Below, in pieces: positions 53,109-64,000 of a stretch of 64,000 nt of DNA. The translations under genes were made by a program, and so were the position numbers. The DNA is from Podarcis pityusensis (taxonomy: Eukaryota): the NCBI GenBank assembly GCA_964106645.2, contig OZ067044.1, one strand, 5' to 3'. The notes beneath the pieces are model-generated. The model was given only the letters and a program-made list of their open reading frames with translations, did not search any database and was not told the DNA's origin. Within the stretch, counting starts at the first letter, position 1; each line of letters begins with the position of its first letter.

Positions 53109-55002
53109 TGAAAGAACTTCCCATTTATTCTTACTCTCTGCTTCCTGTTTTTAACCAGTTGCTGTTTTTAACAAACAAAAAGACTTCTGTTCTTATCCCA
53201 TGACTGCTAAGCTTACTCAGGAGTCTTTGGTGGGGTATTTTGTCAAAAGTGTTCTGAAATTCTTACATACACAGTGTTGTGGTCCTAGCATTACTCACGA
53301 GCCAATTGTTTCAACATGATTACTTATTTATAAAATGTACTTTTAATTTGTAAAGGCGCAAAAATGATTTTTGTATAATTTTATAGTTCATTGGGTTAGA
53401 TGGTGGCACTCACTCTTTTTTTTGTTGATCTTCATATCATCTGATACAATAGCACTGTGCTTTTGTGGCATGACATACCTTATTAAAATGTGGCAAACTT
53501 TAAAGAATGTTTTACGTACTCCTAAGCTGATGTCCTTGGGTGGTCTACGTAGCAGTTTTCAGAAACCTGTTTCACATTTGTTATGGTCTGTGAGACCCTA
53601 CTTGCTCTCCATAGGAGTCAGTAATGGCATAAGATGAAAGAGATGTTTGTTGTAATATGCTGGCCTAGGTGCAATAACAGTTTTCATTGGCTCTTGTGAA
53701 CTTTCTGCCAATATGCAAGAAAGGCAAGTTTACAATCCTAAGCATGTTTACTCAGCCATAAGTCCCAATAAGTTCAGTTGGGCTTACCCCCAAGTAAGTA
53801 GACACAGGATTGCTGCTTAAGTGTTATTTTAGATGTTAGGTATTTTTCTTGCATTTCTGTGAAATTTATACATTAATTGATTCTATATAGGAGTACTATG
53901 TACATATCCAATTAATCACAAACAATAAAATGTTTATTCTTAAGAAATGTTGCATAAAGTGGTTACTTGGTCAGCATGATCCCACTCATGTTTACTTCGG
54001 AGTAGGGATATGGATATCTATTAGACCTCTTCACAGTTCCAGAAGAAACAGTAGCCAACAAGAATCTATGCTGAGCAACATTCGACAATTATTTTAATCA
54101 CTGTCCCGAAATAATGTCCTAAATGCTTAGGCACTGATATTTATTTTTATTTTCCGTATTAATATAAAGGTGAATGCTTTTACTAAAAGCAAGTATTTGA
54201 AAAATTGGGAGTTGAAACCCTTTATTCCTGCTACTGAAATATCTCTTTGTTCTACTCAAATGTTAATGTGTGTCTGTTTTTTCATATACAACTAGTCCTG
54301 ATTTCTCCAAAGGCAGTTGGTTGGATCCTGAGAACTGCAAGCAGAAGAAAGCTCACAGAAGGGGATTTTCCCCACTGCAGTCTTCTGCACTCCCCGCTCA
54401 AAAGCAATCTGTCCTGAGGGTTGCAGGATCATACAGAACAGGGTGAGATTGAACATGAGAGGACTGCTGTGGAAGGGGTGAATTGACACCTTCTGTGAGC
54501 CCACTATTCATTAATTCTCTCTTTCTGTTAATTTTCATTTGCTCATCCTGTTCTGTTCTGTGGGGTCCCCAACCACAAGGACCAGCTTTTTCGGGCAGGG
54601 TGGAGAGGGCCACTGGGAGGAAGTTTGTAAAGCCCCCTTCTGCAAGCTTGTTTCTGCTTATGGTTGTCAGGATCCAACCTGATGTCTTGAGGTATCCATA
54701 GTAAGTGTCTGCATAACTGGATGGCTCATGAACATGAGTATAAATAACTTTTTATTTTTTTCTCTAAGGCATTTAGAGAGAACACTAGTTAATGCAGACT
54801 AGTTTATCTAAAGGATTACCATGTAAGTTGTTTATGCAGTAAATCTCATACTTCAATATGGAGCCCATTATATGGTGTTTACAAAATTAAGGAAGGAACA
54901 TTTCTAATATACTATGTAGTTTAGATTTCCTTTATAGACTTTTCAAAGTGAGGATCTTTTTACAAAATCATTTAATTACAATCCTATGGAAGGGCCAAAA
55001 GG

Positions 55003-55115
55003 CAGTGCTATTTTTCTAGAAAAAGAGGTGCTGAAACTCACCATGAACGCCTCCCCTGTTCTATTATAACGGCGATGTTGCCCACCTGAGAGGTGCCGGC
55101 TGCAAAAAAGCCCTA
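55003..55115. mobile_element. hAT (Tip100-like) MITE, internally deleted
   Basis: Ends CAGTGCTATTTTT and AAAAAAGCCCTA; 8-bp TSD matching 7/8 (CCAAAAGG 54995-55002, CCAAAAGA 55116-55123). Confidence 0.75.
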
Positions 55116-55908
55116 CCAAAAGAGATCGCCATCCTTGGAAGTGGCTGGGATCTGAAGGATCCCTCTACCACTCTCTAGCTTGTGTGTGTGTGTTTTAGAT
55201 ACAGTTCCAAGCATATCCTAATGTCATTCTCTCAGATATCTTTGAAGCATTGTTCCTCTCATTGGTTCTCCTTTTGGTACCTTAGTTATTAGCTATTCTG
55301 TAATCATGATAAATGAAAAAGGCAGATTATGAGGATGCTTTGCTACTTCAGTGCCTCCTGGAAATTGCAGCTTTTTGTATTCCCCATTTCCTCTCCCCTC
55401 CTCCATACACTTTCACTATCAAGTGTCCATATGTTCACATTTGCTTTTGGGCCTAAAAGGAGGTTGCTGCCCTTTTAGAAATTCAGCTTTGTAGATAAAG
55501 GCATTAAAACAAGAGTGCCCATCTGTCCATTTTGGACAGCTAAGGTTGAGAGAGTATTGCAGTGTCCAGGCACATTTAGGCTATGGCCTTTCTACTTGAA
55601 ATGTCATATAATAATTCTCGTAGTGTCGGGGCAACCATAACTTCTCAAGGAAAGAGAAAACTGCTGCCCAAGGCTGTATACTCAAGAACATTTAATGAAC
55701 TGTAATTATCTGTGCCATTATTGAAAAGCCCATAAGGTTCATAGTTGGTGGTGAAAACTTCCTTTGTGTTTCTGTAGCATGGAGGAAAACATTATAGCAA
55801 TAATAAAAGGTTTCATTTTTTAAGGACTACAAAGTATAAGTCTTGTCAACAGCAATAGAAGTTTGGAGTTCTCAGTAACTTCCAGGATATGTGTCATTTC
55901 TCCCCCCC

Positions 55909-55912
<4 letters not shown>

Positions 55913-55942
<30 letters not shown>
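55913..55942. repeat. (AC)n microsatellite; another lies at about 56498-56550
   Basis: Read directly. Confidence 0.95.
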
Positions 55943-55947
<5 letters not shown>

Positions 55948-56187
55948 TGACAATGAGACATATTTTCATAATATTTATTTATAAACAAATAAATCAGTGG
56001 GGTTTTTCCAAATAAATGTTTTAGGACCACAATCTCTATGTAGTTTTGCACTGATTTGAAACTTACAAGGCTACATAAGCAGAATAACTGCATGCAGATA
56101 TTGCTCTGGATTACTATTTAAGACAACAGGGGGAGATCTCATATTTGAATGCTTATCCAAATAAAAAGCTTCCTCCACATATTTCCA

Positions 56188-56670
56188 AGGAGTAGCTGTG
56201 TTCATCTGTTGCAGTAAAATCAGATAAGATTAACCTATTTATTATGACATGGACTAGAGTTTACTTCATCAGTGCTTGACGTGTTATCCGGATACACATC
56301 GTTTGGGAGGGGGTGTAGTAAACAGGTGCTGGGGGAATGAAATATAGAGTGTACAGGAGGTGATAATTATGTCATTAATAAGGGCCAGTCACAAAACATG
56401 AGAACAGACAGCCTAGCAATTGATAAGCCAGTTAAAATAGATGGTCACCTCCATTGAACAAAATAACTTCAAACAGAGACCACAATGTGAAATGAATTAC
56501 ACGCACCTACACACACACACCTACACACACACACACACACACACATACACGTGTGTACGTGTATCTGTAACACTTTAGCCTTCTTGTGAAGTAGACTCTA
56601 GTCTATGAAAGCTTATGCCATAATAAATGCTAGTTTTCAAAGTGCCACCAGACACTCTTGTTGCTTTTTC
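56188..56670. mobile_element. Penelope-like element remnants in inverted arrangement
   Basis: CATGGACTAGAGTTTACTTCATCAG (56248-56272) is inverted to CTTGTGAAGTAGACTCTAGTCTATG (56583-56607), which continues AAAGCTTATGCCATAATAAA...GTGCCAC as in reptile Penelope termini. Confidence 0.75.
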
Positions 56671-57110
56671 TCTTCACATAGAAAATCAGCATGTTAGTTT
56701 TCAATAGTGGAGGGTGTCTTTTATATGAGGAAGCATTCTTAACACAGGAACCTTCCACCTGTAGTTTGAAGTGGCACTTAACTGAAAGTGGCACACAGTG
56801 AAAACTGTGCCATTGGCTCTACTGATCAAGCTTTGCTCTTATGGGTACCTAACATAATAAAATGAAGCAAAGTGATTTTGACTTCTGATTCTACTCTTAA
56901 TACATTTCATTTGAATAACTTTTTAGCTTTCATATAATCTAGAGCCCTGGAAGTAATTTATCACTTCATTCGCAGTATAGTCTTACTGTGGATTACTTAT
57001 TGTACCAGCATATGAAAAATTCTGTTTTATCACTGTTGATTTGTTGTGTTGTTCTTTTTAGAGACATTGTATTGACTATAAACTTTTTTCCTTTTTTTGT
57101 TCTGTTTCAG

Positions 57111-57193
57111 GAAGCAGTTTTACTACATCATCTGGAATATATGCTGGAAACAATTCACTTACAAATTCTACGGGATTTAACAGTTCACAACAG
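57111..57193 (+). CDS. EYA1: EYA1 exon 8: (G)[27 protein letters not shown]
   Basis: Long pyrimidine tract plus ttcag|; CAG|gtaaat; 83 nt, phase 1-0. Confidence 0.96.
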
Positions 57194-57567
57194 GTAAATA
57201 TGTCAACAGGATGCCAAAAGTGTGTTTTGAGAAGGATAATACAACTCATATCTGTAATTCTACATAAAACCTTGAAGTTCTTTAGAATTTTGAGGATTAC
57301 CTTAATATTAGTTGTAATAGCCCCTCTTTATTGTCTTAAAAAAAATGTCAGGATGATATTTATACCCAATTCTGATATAGTTTTTCTAAAATTCAATTTC
57401 CTATTTATGCAAAATAAATACTGGTTGTGATTTCCTACTCTGCAAAATCCAAGATGGCAGAGAAATTGAAGCATCTGTTTGCACTTACATTCTGGAACGC
57501 ACACCAAAAAGTAAGCAGCATGTTGATGGGAAAGTCTCTAATACAGCTTTTTTCTCCACTCTGGTAG

Positions 57568-57813
<246 letters not shown>

Positions 57814-59075
57814 TAGAAGAATTCTGAATGTATGGTGGCACTTATTAAGTAAGGACTGGCTCAGCAAGGGGTAAGTGGACAGCAGTGAGTTTTTAAATAC
57901 AGGTTTTCCTATAGTTACCGCCTCAAATAATTTATAAACACCAGCATTAAAAAGTAAAAACACAGATTACAAGATGTGTTATAGTCTTTTCAGATGTTGA
58001 GCTCATTACTCAAACTTTAGTTAATATTTGCCATCATGACTGTCCCAATGTTCATGACTGGTAGGTGGGGTAAGCATGGCACACCATAGCTTCTCTGGTG
58101 GCACTGCTGGTGGTGGTGGCTCCACTGCAGCAAGAACCCGAAGTGTTGCCCAGGTGGGTCTGAAACTACCATCCATGGTAGCTGGTGGGAAGTCCTGAAA
58201 TGGGACGTTTCAGGGGTATCCACAGCTCTGCAGATCCCCCAAAGAACTTCTGGTTTTAGGGCATCTTAATTGGACCAGCCTGCAACAGGCACAGCCAAAA
58301 AAAGGATGTGTAAGAACTTCACTAGGCTTGCTTAGTCCAGCTGCAACCCTGCGTACATTTACTTGGAGTAGACGCCACTGAACGCAGTGGGACTTCTGAG
58401 TTGGATTGCACTGAAAAGCTTGACTGCAAGTTGCAAGTCCATATTTAGCTATAATAATCCCCAGATGTTCCAGTCATCACTAAGCATCAATCCAGAGGCT
58501 TAGGGAGGATGGTGGCCATTGGATGATAGTCAATGGGAGAAGCTCCAGCAGTGAGTTTTATCCCACCCCATTTGACCCTCTTTGCCCCATAATATTTATC
58601 AGAGATGCTGGTGCCCTACTTCCTCCACACTCCAAAATTTAAGCTGAAAGTTCTCCACAGAAGACATAGTTTTAAACTAATTCTAAACTATCTTTAAACT
58701 GATTTCAAGAGCAAAGAATGTGAGAGAGCAAAGAACAAAGTTTACAGGAATCAGTGAACTTTTAGGTTAACTTTGGCCGGCTTATGTTCTATGAATTCTT
58801 GGAAGCTGGAGGATGTTTTGTTTTTTAAGAAATAACCCCTCCAAGTATTGGAAAGGAGAATTTTCAGTTGACTTCATTGTTGTATATATTTGGGTTAGGA
58901 AGAATTCTGACTTCCAGGAATTAGTGTACCACTAGTAACATAAATACATATGGTAATCTATTACCAAGTACACCAAAACTTTGTGTGGCCATTTCAGTGC
59001 ATCATACTTAAAGAGAAACAAAATCAAAGAACTACAACTAAACTAAAATATAAGCAATTTTTTCTTCTGAAGCAG

Positions 59076-59215
59076 AGTACAGTACAATCCACAGCCCAGC
59101 AACACCCATCAAAGATTCTGATGCAGAAAGGTTGCGTCGCAGCTCAGATGGCAAATCACGTGGTCGAGGCAGAAGGAATAATAATCCTTCACCACCGCCT
59201 GACTCCGACCTAGAG
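59076..59215 (+). CDS. EYA1: EYA1 exon 10: (E)[46 protein letters not shown]
   Basis: aagcag| acceptor; GAG|gtattg; 140 nt, phase 1-0. Basic RGRGRR linker before the EYA domain. Confidence 0.96.
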
Positions 59216-59809
59216 GTATTGTATATGAAGTAGCTATTTTATTTATTTATCTCTCATACTCTTCAGAAGCATTGGGGTGAGACAGCATTCTAAGCTAAGA
59301 GATGCATAAAACCAAATTCCAGCACATGAAAATCCTCAAAAGCAAAGCAAAATTATAAATTCCAGCTAAAAACCATTCCACTCCTACTTAGTCTTATATT
59401 TTGACCTTTCTCACAAGGGAGTTTCCATCCCCTTCAAAATTACTCACCCCTAGATTGTGTCCTCTGCTTGCTGAGAGGTAATAGCTACCCAGGGCATCAC
59501 TGCAACACTTCTACTGCTTCCTGCTGGAAGGGCACCTCCCTAAATCTACTGCAGGGATAGGAAACCAGTCACCCTCCAAATGTTAATTCTTAGTAGAAAA
59601 GTATGTCGTTAATGTGGAGATTTTACATTACTTATTGACGACGTTCTGAAATGTATGGGTTTCTCTAAAATAGTAAGAAAGGATAGCTTTGTTATGGTAC
59701 AACATTCAGAATAGTTTGTTCACGTGTACATCCATTGATCAAAGCTTTTTTTCCTATTTTAATTATCAACTTTACAGAGGGACCCATTGATTTGGTTATC
59801 TTTTTACAG

Positions 59810-59893
59810 AGAGTATTCATTTGGGATTTGGATGAGACAATCATCATTTTCCATTCCTTGCTTACAGGATCCTATGCTAACAGATATGGGAGA
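59810..59893 (+). CDS. EYA1: EYA1 exon 11, start of the EYA/HAD phosphatase domain: [28 protein letters not shown]
   Basis: tttttacag|; AGA|gtaagt; 84 nt. WDLDET (HAD motif I, DxDxT) at 59822-59839. The CDS continues beyond the window. Confidence 0.97.
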
Positions 59894-60726
59894 GTAAGTA
59901 CCATGACAGTCAATGTCTATATGTGTTTATGCGGAAAGAATCTATAGTATGGTGTGGTAGTGAAGTAAAAAGTAAAGTAGGAGAACTGTCTAATGGTTCC
60001 CATCCAGGTTTTCAGTGCTGGTGGCACAAAAACAAAATTAGTAGTATACAAGATTGTCAGATCATAAATTGCTTTGATCTAATTATCAGTGTAATCCCAT
60101 ACTTGTTTCCTCAGGAGTAAGTCCCACTACTTATTTCCCAGTCAGTGTTGTTAAGGTTTTATCCTACAGAGTTATTTGACCTTGTTTATAAATTAGAAGT
60201 GAGGAATTAGATAATTATATTCTATTAACGAACAAACCAACCAATATTTGCATGATTTGAATATCAGCCACTGGGGAACAACAGCAGAAGATGGCTATTG
60301 CACTCATATCCTTCTTGATTGCTTCCCATAGGTATCTGTTTGGTCACTGTCAGAAACACCATGCTGGACTAGTTAGGCTTTTGGCCTTAATTTGCAGAGT
60401 TACCCTTAAGATTCTTATTACTGTCTCTGGGAGCTTCCCAGCTGAGCATTCATGCTATTACGTTCACACAGAGGTTATAAGACATCATCAGCACTTGGTT
60501 GCTATCCTGCAATTTCCAGTTTAATTTCCCATCAGCTTTTTAATTGGCCTTTCTGCAGTTGGATAAATGATGGGCTATTTGCACTAGAAAGTGTGGATTA
60601 ACCACATTTGTTTGGATTAACCACATAAACGACCTGAATGCAAGGGCCCTATGACATAAGAAGTCTCATATCATGCAGGAAGATCATATTCTATGGCTCT
60701 TCCCATTACATTAGTCCAGTTTTCAA

Positions 60727-60910
60727 CCTATGAAGCTGCCTTATACTGAGTCAAACCAGTGGTCTGTCTAGCTCAGTATCATCCAAACTGACTAGATGTG
60801 GCTCTCTGGGGTTTCAGGCAGGACTCATTCCTACATGGAGATGCCATGGACTGAACCTGAGACATTCTGCATGCAAATAGAGCCTCTATCACTGAGCTAT
60901 AGTGCTTCCC
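60727..60910 (-). mobile_element. Near full-length Squam3-like tRNA-derived SINE
   Basis: Reverse complement: TAGCTCAGTGATAGAG A-box, GGTTCAGTCC B-box, body ending GACTCAGTATAAGGCAGCTTCATAGG. Confidence 0.8.
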
Positions 60911-62370
60911 CTGTTCTCCAAGGATTGACACTGGTATGGGAACAGCTGCAGCATGGTTTCCTCCCACATAGTCTAGGACTTTTCACAGTATCCCAATGCA
61001 CCGGAATGAGTAGTGCTGCAGCTGTTCCCACAGTGCTAGGCCCAACTATCACCCTCTCCTAATATTCTAAAATTGATAATATACTAGTAAAGAAATGAAT
61101 GTGTTTGTCCCTATTACTTACGTTGCGTGAAAGCAAAGAACTATGTATAAGATTATGAAAGGGAGTTTGCTATGGCAGATGTCCAAAAAAAAAAGAGTGC
61201 TTGCACTGTATGACTCAGTGTAAAAAAATTATTTTAATTGAAAAAAAGGCACTGAAATTGCCTCCAATACTTTAATATAGATCAAGCAATTTAATCTATA
61301 GAGAACTGAATAAATAACTTTTGATGTGTGTATGTCAAAGCTATCCTGCTATTAAATAAATGGGCTCATGTGTATATCTCTGACATGCTTCAGAATGATG
61401 ATGTGATAAAGCACTGCACGCTACCCTTAAAATATTAGTCAATGTAATCTCTGTTTCTCTTGTTCTTAGTATGAAGTGCTGTTTTTACAAAGGCTAGATA
61501 AATGTTTAAGAGCACAATCAAGCTTTACAGTGTTTGCTGGAGGAGTTTTTTCCTTCTCATCAAAAGGGTGGTGTATGTTTTTTGTATATTGTATTGCAGA
61601 CCGTGCAATCCTGATCTCCCTTGATGTTGATGTCTGGGGTGCTGGTGATTAGGATATTGTGTACTCTTCCATTTGGTGGCCTCCATTTGCCACCAGTTGG
61701 AGAGGCTCTACTGTAGCTGGCCTATTTGGTGGTTTTCCTCTCAGTGGAACTCTCCAAAATAAGGTGGGATGCTGGCAGCTTGGGATCCCCTAAAGGGCTT
61801 GATCCTAGATCTTCTCTGCTATTCCAGTTATATAATGAAAAACTGGGGGCAGGAGCTGGGGGGCACGTCAATGCCCTGGCTGGTTCAATGCAGCAAGTTT
61901 TGGGATTTGGCAGTCATTCCTCTACTCCACCTTGTTGCTCCCTGGCCAGATTGCTGTGCTGCATGAGTTTCTCATACTATAAGCAACTTTAGTGTGTTAG
62001 AGTGAAATTTGATTCATCCCTGAATGAAAGAAACAACAGCAAACAAAACCTCATGTGCTCATTAGAATGCAGCTCAGAGCAAAAAGGAATTGGCCAATTC
62101 AGGACAACAACTTTTTTGCTGAGAAGTGTCATGAATGTGCAGTGTACAGTTTGCCCAAAATAGGGTGTTCATTTTAAAAGTAATGCTAGGGTTACAGACA
62201 CCAGTGAATGCAGCATTAGTGAACAGGGCTCCCCAGGTGTACACTGTGCAAGTGTATTAATACTGCACATGTACAAAGTGGCATTTGATTTAAATAAGAG
62301 GCTGGCCACATGTAACCTTGCATGAGTGATTTGCATTTATATACCCAGCATCACATTTAAATCAGGTGCG

Positions 62371-62707
62371 ATCCCTGTGATGGGGTGAGCTCCCGTTGTA
62401 CTACAAGCTGGCAGCAAGGTTGGTGGTTCGAATCCCCGCGACGGGGTGAGCTCCCGTTGCTCGGTCCCTGCTCCTGCCAACCTAGCAGTTCGAAAACACG
62501 TCAAAGTGCAAGTAGATAAATAGGTACCGCTCTGGTGGGAAGGTAAACGGCGTTTTTGTGCGCTGCTCTGGTTCGCCAGAAGTGGCTTAGTCATGCTGGC
62601 CACATGATCCGAAAGCTGTACGCTGGCTCCCTCGGCCAATAAAGCGAGATGAGCGCCGCAACCCCAGAGTCGGTCACAACTGGACCTAATGGTCAGGGGT
62701 TCCTTTA
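62371..62707 (+). mobile_element. Sauria SINE, 5'-truncated with a duplicated head segment
   Basis: Aligns closely with 9340-9606 from about 62416 onward; 62371-62398 repeats 62432-62459. Confidence 0.92.
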
Positions 62708-64000
62708 TTGCTGTTAGAGCTCTGTTTCAATGAGAGGAAGAAAAGAAGCAAAGCAACGAAGTTACAGTGACAAATCAAGGGGGGAGGCGTAGTAATTCTG
62801 GCACTGATCAAAATTACCATTTTATCTTCTTCAGTAATTCTGCCGTAGTAGTGGGTGGAAGTGAAGAAGTCCAGGTTTGATGCATTATATTTTTAGACCT
62901 TTTAAGATCGATCTAAATAGCTCACTTTTTTTTTTAAAAAAAGATAGTGTTATAACAAATATATCTGACAAACTGATGTGTTTCGTAACAAAAAAAATAA
63001 CACTGATGTTGTGGATGCTAGCCATGGGGTGATCATGAGATTCACATTTCACATTTCTCACACCAATCATGATGGCAATAGATGTGGCTGGAGGGGATGT
63101 GTGTGCATTTTCTCATTAACAAAATACTGTCATTTGAGCGCAGGGCAAAAGCAATTTCTCTGCAATATAAGTATTATCTTAAATAAAGATGTTTAGATTT
63201 CATTCAAAAAAATGTCCAGCAGCTGTGTTAAAAAAGAAAGTGTGGAAGTGCTGGATATATTCTTCAAATGTTTACAAAGAGAGATGCCTTCTGCAGATTT
63301 GTGTCTCTAATCAAATCACCTCTTGCAGCGTTAGCAGCTGGCATGCACCACAAAGTGGTCAGTGCCAAGTGCTTCATGAATGATTATTTGAAACTATTTT
63401 AAAAAATCAATTGCTGCATAACATGAAAGACGCTAAGAAAAGTTGTAACATTAAATGGTTCAGATGTAACATCAAACCATGGTTTGATACTATATGAATG
63501 AGCAATTTTGGTTTGTCCACTCTCCACTTTTCCCATTTCACTGCCAGATCCTAGTGTTAAATCCTGATTTGCAGGACAACGAAAACCATAGTTAGCTAGT
63601 TCAGATGAAAGGAGGTAGGGAATTGCCATGTGCAAGGGTAGAAAAGGAGGAAGAGTACTAACCCAAGGCTCCTTGACAACTCATTCATGTACCTCCAAAT
63701 AATGGTTTAACATTATGTCTGAACCACCTTAATGGTATTTGAATTTTTGCAATCCTGATCAGAAAAGTTATTTTCTCTAGGGGGTGGGGAAGCCTACCTG
63801 ATTTAATTCTAAGAGATCCTTATGTATGCTTTAATGTTCTGTGAAGAGGGGAGGGAAAACAAAAACCCTCTTTCACAGAAGTCTTCAATTGTGGCTTTCC
63901 AGCTTAACTGGAAAATAAGCCAAGACACGTACAATAAGTGAACTTTCCTGTTTTTCAACTGCTTCTTACCCACAGAACAAAGGGAGTGAACATTTTAAAA

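Noticed and set aside
59894-64000. Next EYA1 exon (DPPTSVSLGLRMEEMIFNL-like)
   Set aside because: Not found in the remaining sequence; presumably beyond the window edge, so this is not evidence of truncation or pseudogenisation.

Overview
Vertebrate genomic DNA, almost certainly a lacertid lizard (inferred from Sauria/POM-type SINEs, BovB, Squam3-like SINEs and L2/CR1 remnants). The window holds the 5' part of EYA1 (eyes absent homolog 1) on the + strand: a CpG-rich promoter/first exon at about 18.8-20.3 kb, a 50-nt exon at 25617-25666, and nine coding exons from 27155 to 59893. These splice with canonical GT-AG sites and consistent phases into 349 codons, ending just after the HAD phosphatase motif WDLDET; the rest of the gene lies beyond the window. 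The remainder is intronic/upstream DNA with SINEs, LINE fragments, hAT/Tc1/Harbinger-like MITEs (several with perfect target-site duplications), Penelope remnants, microsatellites and two assembly gaps. I found no convincing previously undescribed biological system. The most interesting signals are the multi-frame 50-nt exon, whose AUG is a start codon or an overlapping uORF depending on splicing, several tandem splice acceptors, degenerate Penelope hammerhead motifs in an inverted pair, and nested transposon insertions. Exon numbering, repeat family names and comparisons to human EYA1 come from recall, not from searches.
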